64,000 nucleotides of DNA from Macrostomum hystrix (lineage: Eukaryota; Animalia; Platyhelminthes), in the NCBI GenBank assembly GCA_950097015.1, contig CATNEN010000038.1, positions 25,296,001 to 25,360,000 on the forward strand. The letters run 5' to 3'. Below are positions 27,320 to 40,092 of this stretch, in pieces. The position numbers were made by a program, and so were the translations under genes. Each line of letters begins with the position of its first letter. Position 1 is the first letter of the stretch. The notes beneath the pieces were generated by a model. It had not been told where the DNA came from. It saw nothing but the letters and a program-made list of their open reading frames with translations, and did not search any database.

Positions 27320-28030
27320 GCATCGCTAAAGAATCTAGTGGATCAGGGCGTTGCTAAGGAAGAATCCAGTAGATTAGGGCGTTGCTAAGGAAGAATCTAG
27401 TAGATCAGGGCGTTGCTAAGGAAGAATCTAGTAGATCAGGGCGTTGCTATGGAATCTAGTAGATCAGGGCGTTGCTATGGAATCTAGTAGATCAGGGCGT
27501 TGCTATGGAATCTAGTAGATCAGGGCGTTGTTATGGAATCTAGTAGATCAGGGCGTTGCTATGGAATCTAGTAGATCAGGGCGTTGCTAAGGAATAATTT
27601 AGTAGATCACGGCGTTGCTAAGGAATAATTTAGTAGATCAGGGCGTTGCTAAGGAAGAATCTAGTAGATCAGGGCGTTGCTATGGAATCTAGTAGATCAG
27701 GGCGTTGCTATGGAATCTAGTAGATCAGTGCGTTGCTATGGAATCTAGTAGATCAGGGCGTTGCTATGGAATCTAGTAGATCAGGGCGTTGTTATGGAAT
27801 CTAGTAGATCAGGGCGTTGCTATGGAATCTAGTAGATCAGGGCGTTGCTAAGGAATAATTTAGTAGATCACGGCGTTGCTAAGGAATAATTTAGTAGATC
27901 AGGGCGTTGCTAAGGAATAATTTAGTAGATCAGGGCGTTGCTAAGGAATCTAGTAGATAAGGGCGTTGCTAAGGAAGAATCTAGTAGATCAGAGCGTTGC
28001 TATAGAAGAATCTAGTAGATCAGAGCGTTG
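27320..28030. repeat. 28/31-bp minisatellite (GAATCTAGTAGATCAGGGCGTTGCTA...)
   Basis: Directly visible tandem units. Confidence 0.92.
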
Positions 28031-28460
28031 TAGACACAGTTGAACTGTAGAATCTAGTAAAACAAAAAATCACAAATCTTATAATTGAGAAAAACTTTAC
28101 CACAAGAACACAATATTTGGCCACGTTTAAGTGATCAACTAAACTATATTGTTAATTGTTGCTTACATGAAACATAATTTGAGTTCTAATGAAATTCGCG
28201 AGGCGAATATGACAACTCAGATGCACACAAAGGATTACTACAAAAGCATATTCAAATAAAATGCAATTTGAATTTTAAGCCAATTATTAAAAGAAACGAA
28301 CGTGAAAACTAGCCTCGTTACTTAACAACAAAACTACTAATTTATAAGTAACGGCGCAAGACGAGAAGTAACGCTTTTGCAATTACTCATAAAGAGTTAA
28401 CGATATCAAAAGTAACGTCGTTAGTTCTATATAGAAAATTAACGAAAATGCAAAAATTCG

Positions 28461-28955
28461 TTAATCTGCGGCATTCTCAGCAATGGGATTAGCGTGTATA
28501 GTAACGTAGTTAATCTTGACATCTTTCAACGGTCGATAAGTTTTATCGTCAACTGGTAGGGCCTCCAAGCGATCCAGAACGCTAAGTCCGTCGATGACCT
28601 TGCCAAATACTGTGTACTTATTATCTAGCATGGTCTGCTTGGCGTAGGCTATGAAAAACTGACTGCCATTAGAGTCTGAACCATTATTGGCCAAAGACAC
28701 TGTCCCACGCTGGGTGTGTCGGAGACTTTCATGAAATTCGTCTTTAAATTTTTCGCCCCAGATACTGGAGCCGCCTTTGCCAGTGTTGGTTGGATCGCCA
28801 GTTTGCATTATGAAGCCGCGAATATTGCGATGAAATACGCAGCCGTTGTAGTAATCCTTGGCGCAGAGCGCTAAAAAATTCTCGCATGTCTTCGGACACA
28901 GCTCGCATTCTAATTCGAGCTTTATATCGCCCAGGTCTGTGTGCAGCGTCACCGC
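28461..28955 (-). CDS. PPIL3: Cyclophilin-type peptidyl-prolyl isomerase-like 3; single coding exon lacking its own ATG
   Basis: AVTLHTDLGDIK...PKTCENFLALCA..YYNGCVFHRNIRGFIMQTGDP...NGSQFFI...YTVFGKVIDG...TIHANP matches PPIL3 from residue 2. Phase-0 acceptor TTTTCAG|GCG at 28956/28955. Confidence 0.93.
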   Translation of the reverse strand, partial: AVTLHTDLGDIKLELECELCPKTCENFLALCAKDYYNGCVFHRNIRGFIMQTGDPTNTGKGGSSIWGEKFKDEFHESLRHTQRGTVSLANNGSDSNGSQFFIAYAKQTMLDNKYTVFGKVIDGLSVLDRLEALPVDDKTYRPLKDVKINYVTIHANPIAENAAD

Positions 28956-28989
28956 CTGAAAATGCAAGTTGATTGGTTGATGCTTTAGC

Positions 28990-29572
28990 TGGGAGCATTG
29001 CTGCTCAAAGTGGGGATCTGGGAGGATGCCTGCCCAAAGTGGGGATCTGGGAGGATGCCTGCTCAAAGTGGGGATCTGGGAGGATGCCTGCTCAAAGTGG
29101 GGATCTGAGAGGATGCCTGCTCAAAGTGGGGATCTGGGAGGATGCCTGCTCAAAGTGGGGATCTGGGAGGATGCCTGCTCAAAGTGGGGATCTGGGAGGA
29201 TGCCTGCTCAAAGTGGGGATCTGAGAGGATGCCTGCTCAAAGTGGGGATCTGCGAGGATGACTGCTCAAATTAGGGATCTAGGAGGATGGCTGCTCAAGT
29301 GAGATCTCGGAGAATGGCTGCTCAGTCTGACGATCTGGGAGAATGGCTGCTCAGTCTGAGGATCTGGGAGAATGGCTGCTCAGTCTGAGGATCTGGGAGA
29401 ATGGCTGCTCAGTCTGAGGATCTGGGAGAATGGCTGCTCAGTCTGACGATCTGGGAGAATGGCTGCTCAGTCTGAGGATCTGGGAGAATGGCTGCTCAGT
29501 CTGAGGATCTGGGGGGATGGCAGCTTAGTCTGAGGATCTGGGGGGATGGCAGCTTAGTCTGAGGATCTGGGG
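28990..29572. repeat. 29-bp minisatellite with two sequential subtypes (GGGATCTGGGAGGATGCCTGCTCAAAGT-like; GGATCTGGGAGAATGGCTGCTCAGTCTGA)
   Basis: Directly visible. Confidence 0.9.
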
Positions 29573-30251
29573 GACCGCTATTTACTCTATAGCTATGATC
29601 TGCTAAACAACTTGATAGATATAATTTACAAATAGTTCAAAACATGAAATTTGAAAGCAAAAATATATCAAGAATTTAGTTAAAAAGGGCATTGCTAAAG
29701 TCTTTTGTTTTCTAGTTTTTCTTTGTGTATGGTACAAGCAAATTTAAATCGTTAAAAAAAGTGTTTGATTTAAGGATTTAAGGTCAGTTAATCTGACATT
29801 TTATCAATAACAAAGCCATAAAATTAGGACAGATCAGAAAAAAACGATAATATATATTTAGATAGAGACGAAAAAATCACATTAAATAAACTTTATGGTC
29901 TACCTTATGGACGGAGTGACAATAAAATATAAAAAGCTGATACAAAGTAAACAAGAAATGGAAACCGAAATTAAAATTTTGTTTAAGTCTGTTATTAGCT
30001 CGTATAAATAGTAATTACTATCACAATAAATAGTTAGTGTGACATAAAGTATATATTAAGAAAGAAAAATTGTTCAAGCTATTGCCTGTAATTGAGTCTA
30101 GACTCTATTAGTTAACTAGTAATTCTTTACAGCAGCAGACCACACTAATAGTTTAAATAAATAAATTTAAATCTTAAACAGCAAGACGGCCTCCTGTTTA
30201 ACATATTATTAATATACACTGTTACTACTATTATTACTATATATGGGTACA

Positions 30252-30830
30252 ACCCCTACTGGAACCCTATTGGAACGGGTAAGACCCTATTGGAACGGGT
30301 AAGACCCTATTGGAACAGGTAAGACCCTATTGGAACAGGTAAGACCCTATTGGAACGGGTAAGACCCTATTGGAACGGGTAAGACCCTATTGGAACAGGT
30401 AAGACCCTATTGGAACAGGTAAGACCCTATTGGAACGGGTAAGACCCTATTGGAACGGGTAAGACCCTATTGGAACAGGTAAGACCCTATTGGAACAGGT
30501 AAGACCCTATTGAAACAGGTAAGACCGTACTGGAACAGGTAAGACCCTATTGGAACAGGTAAGACCCTATTGAAACAGGTAAGACCGTACTGGAACAGGT
30601 AAGACCCTATTGGAACAGGTAAGACCCTATTGGAGCAGGTAAGACCCTATTGGAACGGGTAAGACCCTACTGGAACAGGTAAGACCCTATTGGAACAGGT
30701 AAGACCCTATTGGAACAGGTAAGACCCTATTAGAACAGGCAAAAACCCAAATAGAACAGGTAAAACCCAATTAGAAAAGGTAAAATCCCTATTATCACAG
30801 GCAAAAACACAATTAGAACAGGTAGAAAAG
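30252..30830. repeat. 20-bp minisatellite AAGACCCTATTGGAACRGGT
   Basis: Directly visible. Confidence 0.95.
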
Positions 30831-30904
30831 TCACTTAATCAGGTAAAACCTATTAACCCATACGATTAGTCTAGGCACTTAGTCAAAGCTGTTAAAATTC
30901 GCGA

Positions 30905-33900
30905 TCATTGCTGAGCCTTGAAAGCTTTAAACGCGGACAAAAACTGTTCCCTAGTCTGGGCAATAATATCAGTCAGCATTTTCAAATCCTCATTCTTAGA
31001 ATGCAGAGCGGATTGAAGTGCCCGACGCAGCGATGCGGCCTCTTCGTAGCAGGCAGTCAAAGCTTCTCGCAGTCGTTCAACAGATTCCTTACTGGGAGAC
31101 AAGTCGTCAGACAATAGCGAGGCTAATTCGGCGTCGCTAGGCGTTTCTATGGCAACGCTGCTGGCAGACAAAGCCGGAGCAGGCGGCGCTTTGCCGCCGA
31201 TATTTTGGCGAGACTTCTCTAGCTGGCGTTCAATTAGGGCGAGGCGCCGAACGGCCGTCTGCAGCTGAGCGGAAGACTTCGCTTCCCGGTCCAGAAGGTG
31301 CTGGTATCTGCGTTTTAGCAGTAGATTGAGTTGATTTGTCTATTTATTATCACTAAATAGTTCATCACTCAATGACCGTCATCCAATATGAAAGTCACTC
31401 TATGACCGGCATTCAATATGAAAGTCACTCTATGACCGTCATTCAATATGAAAGTCACTCTATGACCGTCATTCAATATGAAAGTCACTCTATGACCGGC
31501 ATTCAATATGAAAGTCACTCTATGACCGTCATTCAATATGAAAGTCACTCAATGACCGTCATTCAATATGAAAGTCACTCTATGACCGTCATTCAATATG
31601 AAAGTCACTCTATGACCGTCATTCAATATGAAAGTCACTCAATGACCGTCATTCAATATGAAAGTCACTCTATGACCGGCATTCAATATGAAAGTCACTC
31701 TATGACCGGCATTCAATATGAAAGTCACTCTATGACCGTCATTCAATATGAAAGTCACTCTATGACCGGCATTCAATATGAAAGTCACTCTATGACCGGC
31801 ATACAATATGAAAGTCACTCTATGACCGGCATTCAATATGAAAGTCACTCAATGACCGTCATTCAATATGAAAGTCACTCTATGACCGGCATTCAATATG
31901 AAAGTCACTTTATGACCGGCATTCAATATGAAAGTCACTCTATGACTTTCATTCAATATGAAAGTCACTCTATGACCGTCATTCAATATGAAAGTCACTC
32001 AATGACCGTCATTCAATATGAAAGTCACTCAATGACCGTCATTCAATATGAAAGTCACTCAATGACCGTCATTCAATATGAAAGTCACTCTATGACCGGC
32101 ATTCAATATGAAAGTCACTCTATGACTTTCATACAATATGAAAGTCACTCTATGACCGTCATTCCATATGAAAGTCACTCTATGACCGTCATACAATATG
32201 AAAGTCACTCTATGACTTTCATTCAATATGAAAGTCACTCTATGACCGTCATTCAATATGAAAGTCACTCTATGACCGTCATTCAATATGAAAGTCACTC
32301 AATGACCGTCATTCAATATGAAAGTCACTCAATGACCGTCATTCAATAGGAAAGTCACTCTATGACCGGCATTTAATATGAAAGTCACTCTATGACTTTC
32401 ATACAATATGAAAGTCACTCTATGACCGTCATTCCATATGAAAGTCACTCTATGACCGTCATACAATATGAAAGTCACTCTATGACTTTCATTCAATATG
32501 AAAGTCACTCTATGACCGTCATTCAATATGAAAGTCACTCTATGACCGTCATTCAATATGAAAGTCACTCTATGACCGTCATTCAATATGAAAGTCACGC
32601 TATGACCGTCATTCAATATGAAAGTCACTCTATGACCGGCATTCAATATGAAAGTCACTCTATGACCGTCATTCAATATGAAAGTCACTCTATGACTTCA
32701 CTCTTCCGACCTAGTCTCCTGAACGCCTGCCAATTCACGAAGACGATCTCGTTCTACTTCGCAAGCACTCAGTAGAGCTCGAAGTTCAGCCAATTCAGCG
32801 TGAATTACTGCCATCCTGCCGCTGTCAGGAACGTTGACAGCACCATCGCCGCCACCGCCACCGCCGCGGCTGCTGCTTGCAGTTCTGGGTCTAGCGGACA
32901 CGGCGCGTTCGACTTTCTGGTTTGGGTTGAACAGATTTCGAGTTTATTAGGTTCGGGTTGATCAGTCTTCAGGTTGATAAAGTTTTAGATTGACCAGGTT
33001 TCGGGTTGATCAGGTTTCGGGTTGATTAAAGTTTCGTAATAAACCATTTTCGGATTGATCAGGCTTCAGATTGGTCAGGTTTCGGGTTGGTTAGGTTTTA
33101 GATTGGTCAGGTTTTCGATTGGTCAGGTTTCGGGTTGGTTAGGTTTTAGATTGGTCAGGTTTTCGATTGGTCAGGTTTCGGGTTGGTCAGGTTTCGGGTT
33201 GGTCAGGTTTTGGGTTGGTCAGGTTTCGAATTGGTCAGGATTTAGATTGGTCAGGTTTTAGATTGGTCAGGTTTTGAATTTGTCAGGTTTCGGGTCGGTC
33301 AGGTTTTGGGTTGGTCAGGTTTTGGATTGGTCAGGTTTTGGGTTGGTCAGGTTTTGGATTGGTCAGGTTTTGGGTTGGTCAGGTTTTGGATTGGTCAGGT
33401 TTTGGGTTGGTCAGGTTTTGGGTTGGTCAGGTTTTGGGTTGGTCAGGTTTTGGATTGGTCAGGTTTCGAATCGGTCAGGTTTCGGGTTGAAAATGTCAAT
33501 GCCGCTAATTGCTCACCTGTGTTAGCGGCAGTGGCAAGGGTAGAGGTTCAACAAAATTTTCGTCGGTATCTTCGCCGGAACGCCGACCAGCCTGCTGCTG
33601 CTGCAATCTTCTAATTTGAGCCTCTTTATCCGCCACAATCTCTTTCAGCCTGTCAATCACCCTGGCCTCCTGGTCACGCTGCACAGCCTGCCGGGCCGTC
33701 TCGCCGTGAGCAGCCCTCTCCAAAGCGGTCCGGGCTTCGATGGCCTCCTCAAGCAGGGTGCGCGCCCGCTCCTGCTGCCGCATCATGGAAGCGATCAGCT
33801 CGTCGTCATGGCGACCCTTCTCTAATAGAGTCTGCACCTGAGACTTCAACGATTTGTTATCGTTGGCTAGAGTCTTGGCGCGAGCTTTGGCGCCGTCAAG

Positions 33901-36900
33901 TCGCTCCTGATGAGTAGAAATAAAGCATCCCATTATTAATAGTAAAAACGATTTTTTTCATCCACAATTTCTAAATTAAAGTCATCATTATCTATAAGTA
34001 ATAATATATAATCATAGTTGTCCTAGATTAACAGAACCCTATGCTCTATTGATGGTTGTAGCCTAGTGATGAGAGCGTCGGACTCACGACTTGAAGGTCG
34101 GGGGTTCGATTCCCCACTCGACTGGCACAATATGTGTTATGTAGCAAGACACTTAGATCTGCATTGCTTCAGTTCACTTAGCTGTTAAATGGGTACCAGC
34201 ATTAGCTGGGATAATTGAGGCTCGATGTGGCGTCCCCCCAGTCCATGGACTGAACAGCCGTACACGCTGCCTTCAGATGCACCGCGCAATTGCTGCGGCT
34301 GTGCTGTCGGCTGCACATCTGGCCCGATTGGGGCGCGTGTAATAACTTATTATTATTTTATTTAGTTGCTCGTAGCCTAATGGTTAGAACTTTAGACATT
34401 TGATTGATGAAGAGGTCGTGAGTTCGGTTCTCAAACGAAAACTTTTTGAGCAAGGCACTTGACTTTTTTTATTCAGATGAAAAACTGAGCACCAGCTGGG
34501 GTGGACATTTGGACGGCCCTAAAGATAGTCCACAGACTGAACAGATGTACACAGCCATTTTTAATCTCCAATTCACCTGTAGTTTCTCTCGCTCGTCTCG
34601 CAAATCTTTCAGCTCTTTTTCGGCCCTCTCGGCTGTTTCGCGTCTCTCGCGTTGCAGCCTCTGAAGGTCTTTAGTAGCCGCTGACGATCTGTCACCGCCG
34701 CCGCGTTGAGTAGAAGCGGCAGACGAGAAGGCTTCATAGCCAAGCGAGGTCGCCCCAGTTGACATCATCATCAAGGAATTGGAATCCGCCGATTTTAGAC
34801 GCTGTTCAAGATCGCGAACACGCGACTGAAGCATCAGAACCTGCTGCTGGCGGCCCTTCCATCCGGCGCTTTGGCCAGAAATTATCTGGGCCGGGGTGAC
34901 GCCGCTATCGCCTAGTTCTTCGGCCAGAGCCTTCTTGGCGATGTTTAGGTCCCGGGTCAGGGTTTGGACCTGTAATGATGCGTTTGATTGACAGTTAAAA
35001 ATAGTCAAGACTTTCTTCAATAGCCAGTGATATTAGTCCACCTTTACAGTGATCTAAATCACAGTGTACTGTTCTCAGTCACTCTGTACTGATCTCAGTC
35101 ACTCTGTACTGTTCTCAGTCACTCTGTACTGATCTCAGTTACTCTGTACTGTTCTCAGTCACTCTGTACTGATCTCAGTCACCCTGTACTGTTCTCAGTC
35201 ACTCTGTACTGATCTCAGTCACTCTGTACTGTTCTCAGTCACTCTGTACTGATCTCAGTCACCCTGTACTGTTCTCAGTCACTCTGTACTGATCTCAGTC
35301 ACTCTGTACTGATCTTAATAACTCTGCACTGATCTCAGTCCCTCTGTACTCATCTCAGTCTCTCTGTACTGATCCCAGTCACTCTGTACTGTTCTCAGTC
35401 ACTCTGTACTAATCTCAGTCACTCTGTACTGATCTCAGTCACTCTGTACTGATCTCAGTCACTCTGTACTGATCTCAGTCACTCTGTACTGTTCTCAGTC
35501 ACTCTGTACTGAGCTCAGTCACTCTGTACTGATCTCAGTCACTCTGTACTGATCTAAGTCACTCTGTACTGATCTCAGTCACTCTGTACTGATCTCAGTC
35601 ACTCTGTATGATCTCAGTCACTCTGTACTGTTCTCAGTCACTCTGTACTGATCTCAGTCACTCAGTACTGATCTCAGTCACTCTGTACTGATCTCAGTCA
35701 CTCTGTACTGATCTTAATAACTCTGCACTGATCTCAGTCCCTCTGTACTCATCTCAGTCTCTCTGTACTGATCCCAGTCACTCTGTACTGATCTCAGTCA
35801 CTCTGTACTGATCTCAGTCACTCTGTACTGATCTCAGTCACTCTGTACTGTTCTCAGTCACACTGTACTGATCTCAGTCACTGTGTGATGATCTCAGTCA
35901 CTCTGTACTGATCTAAGTCACTCTGTACTGATCTCAGTCACTCTGTACTGATCTCAGTCACTCTGTATGATCTCAGTCACTCTGTTCTGTTCTCAGTCAC
36001 TCTGTACTGATCTCAGTCACTCTTTACTGATCTCAGTCACTCTGTACTGTGCAGTGATCTCAGTCACTATGTGCAGTGATCTCAGTCACTCTATACACTT
36101 TGATGTTACACACTACGAGTATGTTATGATCCAACAAGGTCAATAATGGATGCACACAGTATGTACTGATCTAAGCCACACTATTATGTTACCCCAGTAC
36201 AGCAGTCACCAACCTGTCCACGCAGATCAGCCAATTTAGCGTCGCTAGCTTTCAACTTTTCTTTTAACTCTTTTCTCCCTCTATTAGCATCAACAGCGCT
36301 TCCAGTTTCCTGATCCCCGACGCCAATCGCGGCTGCAGCTGTTTTGCCAATCTTGGCTGGGGCCGAAGCTGGCACAGTGGCAGCTGAAGCGGCTGTTCTC
36401 TCCAATTCGTGACACTTTCTTGTCAGCTGAGCGGCTTTAGTTCTTTCGCGCTCCAATTCAGCCGTTATGTCGCGAATTTTCTTAGACAATTCAACAATCT
36501 TTGTAGATGCTGCTGCGGCAGCTAAGCCGCTGGTATCTCCAGAATGAGTCTCAGCTGCTCCGCCCATTGTTAAACGATCTTTAGCCCGTTGAAGGCGTTG
36601 AATTTCAAATTCGCGTTCGTTTACTAACTTTAATAATCGTCCATTTTCGTCTGTTAGAGCTCGGACACGATCGCGAAGCTCAAGAGTTTCCACGGAACTA
36701 TTATTATTACTATTATTGTTATTATTGGCTTTGCCACTAGTAGATAAGCCTAAGTTGTCTTCAACTCCGCCAAAAGCTGATGTTGATTGACGAGATTGCA
36801 ATTGGGATGGCTGCTGCTGCTGCTGCTGACGAAGCTCTTTAAGCCGCTCCAATCTTCTCTGTTGCTGCTGCTGCAGTCTATTAAATTCGCTACTTAATTC

Positions 36901-36921
36901 TTGCTGCGTCTCGCCAGACAT
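30905..36921 (-). CDS. CCDC13: Coiled-coil domain-containing protein 13, about 702 aa; complement(join(30905..31307,32702..32916,33517..33906,34577..34969,36214..36921))
   Basis: Five exons join in frame (2109 nt) via GT-AG. DENGRLLKLVNEREFEI, TKIVELSKK and WKGRQQQVLMLQSRV match CCDC13 motifs as I recall them. Confidence 0.85.
31365..32697. repeat. 30-bp minisatellite ATGACCGTCATTCAATATGAAAGTCACTCT filling CCDC13 intron 4
   Basis: About 44 tandem units directly visible; abuts the donor site at 32701. Confidence 0.97.
32950..33490. repeat. 16-bp minisatellite AGGTTTTGGGTTGGTC in CCDC13 intron 3
   Basis: Directly visible. Confidence 0.92.
34053..34362 (+). mobile_element. tRNA-derived SINE with CORE-like central domain
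   Basis: A-box TAGCCTAGTGA and B-box GGTTCGATTCC, then GCAAGACACTT...GCTTCAGTT...CTGTTAAATGGG resembling the MIR CORE; (TTA)n tail. Confidence 0.7.
34364..34500 (+). mobile_element. Degenerate second tRNA-headed SINE
   Basis: GTAGCCTAATGGTTAG, AGTTCGGTTCTC and TTGAGCAAGGCACTT. Confidence 0.45.
35060..36092. repeat. 20-bp minisatellite ACTCTGTACTGATCTCAGTC in CCDC13 intron 1
   Basis: Directly visible. Confidence 0.96.
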
Positions 36922-37681
36922 TAGCAGTTATTTTAATTAAGCAACTGGAATGTTACAATTTTTAATTCTAAATTTTAAGCATATTTGCAAACTTGCCCTA
37001 TAGTGCAAATTTTTATGATTCCCCCTTTTTCTAAGCCACTGAGTGGCAGCAGATTGGGTATTAATATTGTTATAGTGGCTACAATTACTTAGTTCCTATT
37101 GCCAAGAAAAAAATAATCGCATCTCATGTTAAATGTGTAAGCTACTTTGTATATTTTAAGGACAAGTGATTTGGGATGGAGGTTGAATGCATCTACATAA
37201 GAGTGCAAAAAGTACCAAATTAATTTGGCGAGCGTGGAAAGTGGTGCAAGTAATAAATTAGTAAATTAAGTATAATCTTCCAGACATCATTAGTGATAGT
37301 ATTTTATTATGCTGCACTTTAGACCACTGTTATTGTCAATTTATATTAGAGTGTCCTCACCTAGCACAGGTGATTCATATAGCAAAAATGAACTTTATTC
37401 AGGCCAACTTTTTTTAACAAAAAGACCAGGTAACACCTGAGAGCTATATAATTGCTTAATAAGTTTGTTGAACATCAAGATATATACGCAAGCGTGTTGT
37501 AAAGGATTTTATTGATCTGGAGCTAGATCTTGATATCACTGACAGACAAAAAAAGCTTTTTTCTAAAAGATTTATTTGATTATTTAAATAATAATTTATT
37601 TAAAATTAGATATTATTTATACTGCATTTGTTGAAACTATGCTCAGATTATTATTTTACTATATATGCTATATTACTAATA

Positions 37682-37962
37682 CATACATGCGCAACCTCCC
37701 AAATCTTAGCCGGCCGTGCGACTTAGTTTTTGCTCTCATTTGCGACTTAGTTCATTTCATTGCTCTATTTACGACTTAGTTTGCTCTCATTTGCTCTCTT
37801 TTTCTCTCCCCTTTTTCCTTTTCTTCACGCCTTCCTTTTTTGTCCCTTGGTCCCCCCTTTGATTTTTTTGTGCTTGGTCAATTGGTTTTTGCGACTTACC
37901 TTGCTTGGCCCTCGTTTCACCCGGCCGGTTCGGCCGGGTCGGCCGGGTGTTGCGCATGTATG
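37682..37962. mobile_element. MITE, 281 bp, with 14-bp TIRs and a perfect 9-bp TSD
   Basis: TIR CATACATGCGCAAC / GTTGCGCATGTATG; TTACTAATA at 37673-37681 and 37963-37971. Confidence 0.85.
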
Positions 37963-38727
37963 TTACTAATATATGTACTATATTTACTATTACTTTTACT
38001 ATCATTTAATATTAGGGCTATTGGAATTAGCCCTATGTGCCCCAGGGAACTGTAAAATGTTGACTCAAAAGATTACTGCACCAAGCTAACAACAGCTTGA
38101 GCCTGTGCAAACCTATAGGAAAAATGAAATGGGGTGCTAAACTGCAATGCACCAAGTCATGCTGCCCAAACAGAATTTTCAAAAATGGGCCAGACATGGG
38201 TCCTAAAAATGCCATTTTTCTATATGGAATATTAGCACTAGACTTTTATCTAAACCAAATTTAAGCCATCAGGCAAAATAAAAGTATATTATTGTACCCT
38301 AGCCTGTTGATTATTAAACATCTATTAAATTCTTCTAAAAAATCATATTAGATTAAGAGAGTCCAAAAGCAGGTTCAAATATAAAAATATCTGAAAATTT
38401 AAATAAACACTTTCCAAATCTAACATTTTTATAGTTACTACCTCCTACAACTACAAATACATTAACTTTTTAATGTGTTTGCTCAAAGACATTTTAGTGT
38501 CATGTGAAATGTAAGTATAATTCTTAATCTTTAGGAAAGCACACGATTAACTCAATGTCTTCTTTTATATGTACATATTTTGTGCTTGCCATTTATTGAA
38601 TTACAAAAAATGCTGAAACTTACAAAACTGCATTCACAGAAATACATTTATACTACATGATTCAATTATTTAATAGTTTTTTCATTCATAATTTTCATTT
38701 GCCTAACTATTACTTATGGACATGATA

Positions 38728-38873
38728 TGCTATGCCCATAATGCTAGGACTTATGGGTACATAAGGCTAGGACTTTGGTTTAAGATCTTTAAGTAATATA
38801 TGCTATGCCCATAATGCTAGGACTTATGGGTACATAAGGCTAGGACTTTGGTTTAAGATCTTTAAGTAATATA
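38728..38873. repeat. 73-bp exact tandem duplication (2 copies)
   Basis: TGCTATGCCCATAATGCTAGG... at 38728 and 38801. Confidence 0.9.
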
Positions 38874-40092
38874 TAGGGCCTACCAAGTCTCAATATTATA
38901 GACTACTGGCCACTTCCATTTCCCAAGCTAACAAAATCCCAAAACCGTATGTCATGGCTTGCTTTTCACATTGCTAAGGGCAATATTCGGGACATGGCGG
39001 TCATGTCTATAATGTTGCAGTTGATGGACATGGCAGCATGCCTAGAATTTCATTTTTTGTTCATAAGCTAAAAAAATAAAACAGCAAATATGATCTCACA
39101 AAATTGTTGATACAATTTAAGATGCATGATGAGATAAATGTTTTGCCTATTTAATTATTTCATAAAAGATAAATATGATCTTAGCTACTACAAAAAATTA
39201 ATTTTGAGTGAGTTTCAAGTGATTTGGTAGTTTATGGCAAAATCTAGGCATAGTGTTATGTAATGGCCAAAATTAATAAGAAAAATAAAAAAGGGCAGAA
39301 TTTCTTTAGGCCTAGAAAAAAATGGTTTTCTTCTTGCCTTGTAGCTTGCCTTGCATTGCAACCTTTGGCAACATTCTCTCTTAGGTAGCACACTGCAATA
39401 TAATATTATCAGTACTATGATATCTAAGTGGCTTGTTAGCTGTTGCTTATTGTTTGTTTGGTCATTTATTAGTTTTATACTATATAAAAGTCATTAATCA
39501 GTTTTAATAAAAACAATTTGATTTAAACATGCAAAATAGCATATATCTCACTTGAATATATTTTTAGTGAATGAATGAATCATAGGCCTATGAAGTAATA
39601 ATTGGCCTCATTCAGCCTCTCTATAAAGTGTATCAGTAGATCTAACTCCGTTTTTATACATATAAGATATAACTAGGTATACATAAGATTTTATTGAAAG
39701 CTTTAATAGCTTATTGAATATAGTTAAGTAGGGCCTAGGACCAAAGCCTAGTGAAATACAAAAACATGACTTTTTGAGTATGACAGTAGGCCTAGGCCTT
39801 ACTCTTCACCGTACAATAGGGCAATAGGCTAACCAATCGCTTATTGCAACAGTTTATAATTAAAAAAGTGACATGCAGTACATTATGTGCTACTATTGTA
39901 GTGTAGGTAGGGCGGCTAAAGTAAGGTAGGCCTATAATCTTTACAATCTAGATGGTTAAAGGTAACATAACCGAGGTAAATGACTAGGCCTAGTTAAACT
40001 TTGTTATCCTGTCTAGTCTAGGCTAATTAGGCTTTATATGCCTGTGAATTATATGCCGAGCAAGGGCCTAAATTTGAAAGTAATTTGAAAAG

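Noticed and set aside
28956-29066. N-terminal extension of PPIL3 in the ORF track
   Set aside because: Derived from the 29-bp repeat upstream of the splice acceptor.
31372-32775. (MTVIQYESHS)n repeat protein ORFs
   Set aside because: Produced by a 30-bp intronic minisatellite antisense to CCDC13; interrupted by stops.
32950-33490. Telomere-like GT-rich repeat
   Set aside because: 16-bp unit rather than TTAGGG; intronic minisatellite.
34053-34130. tRNA gene
   Set aside because: No convincing acceptor stem or terminator; continues into a SINE body.
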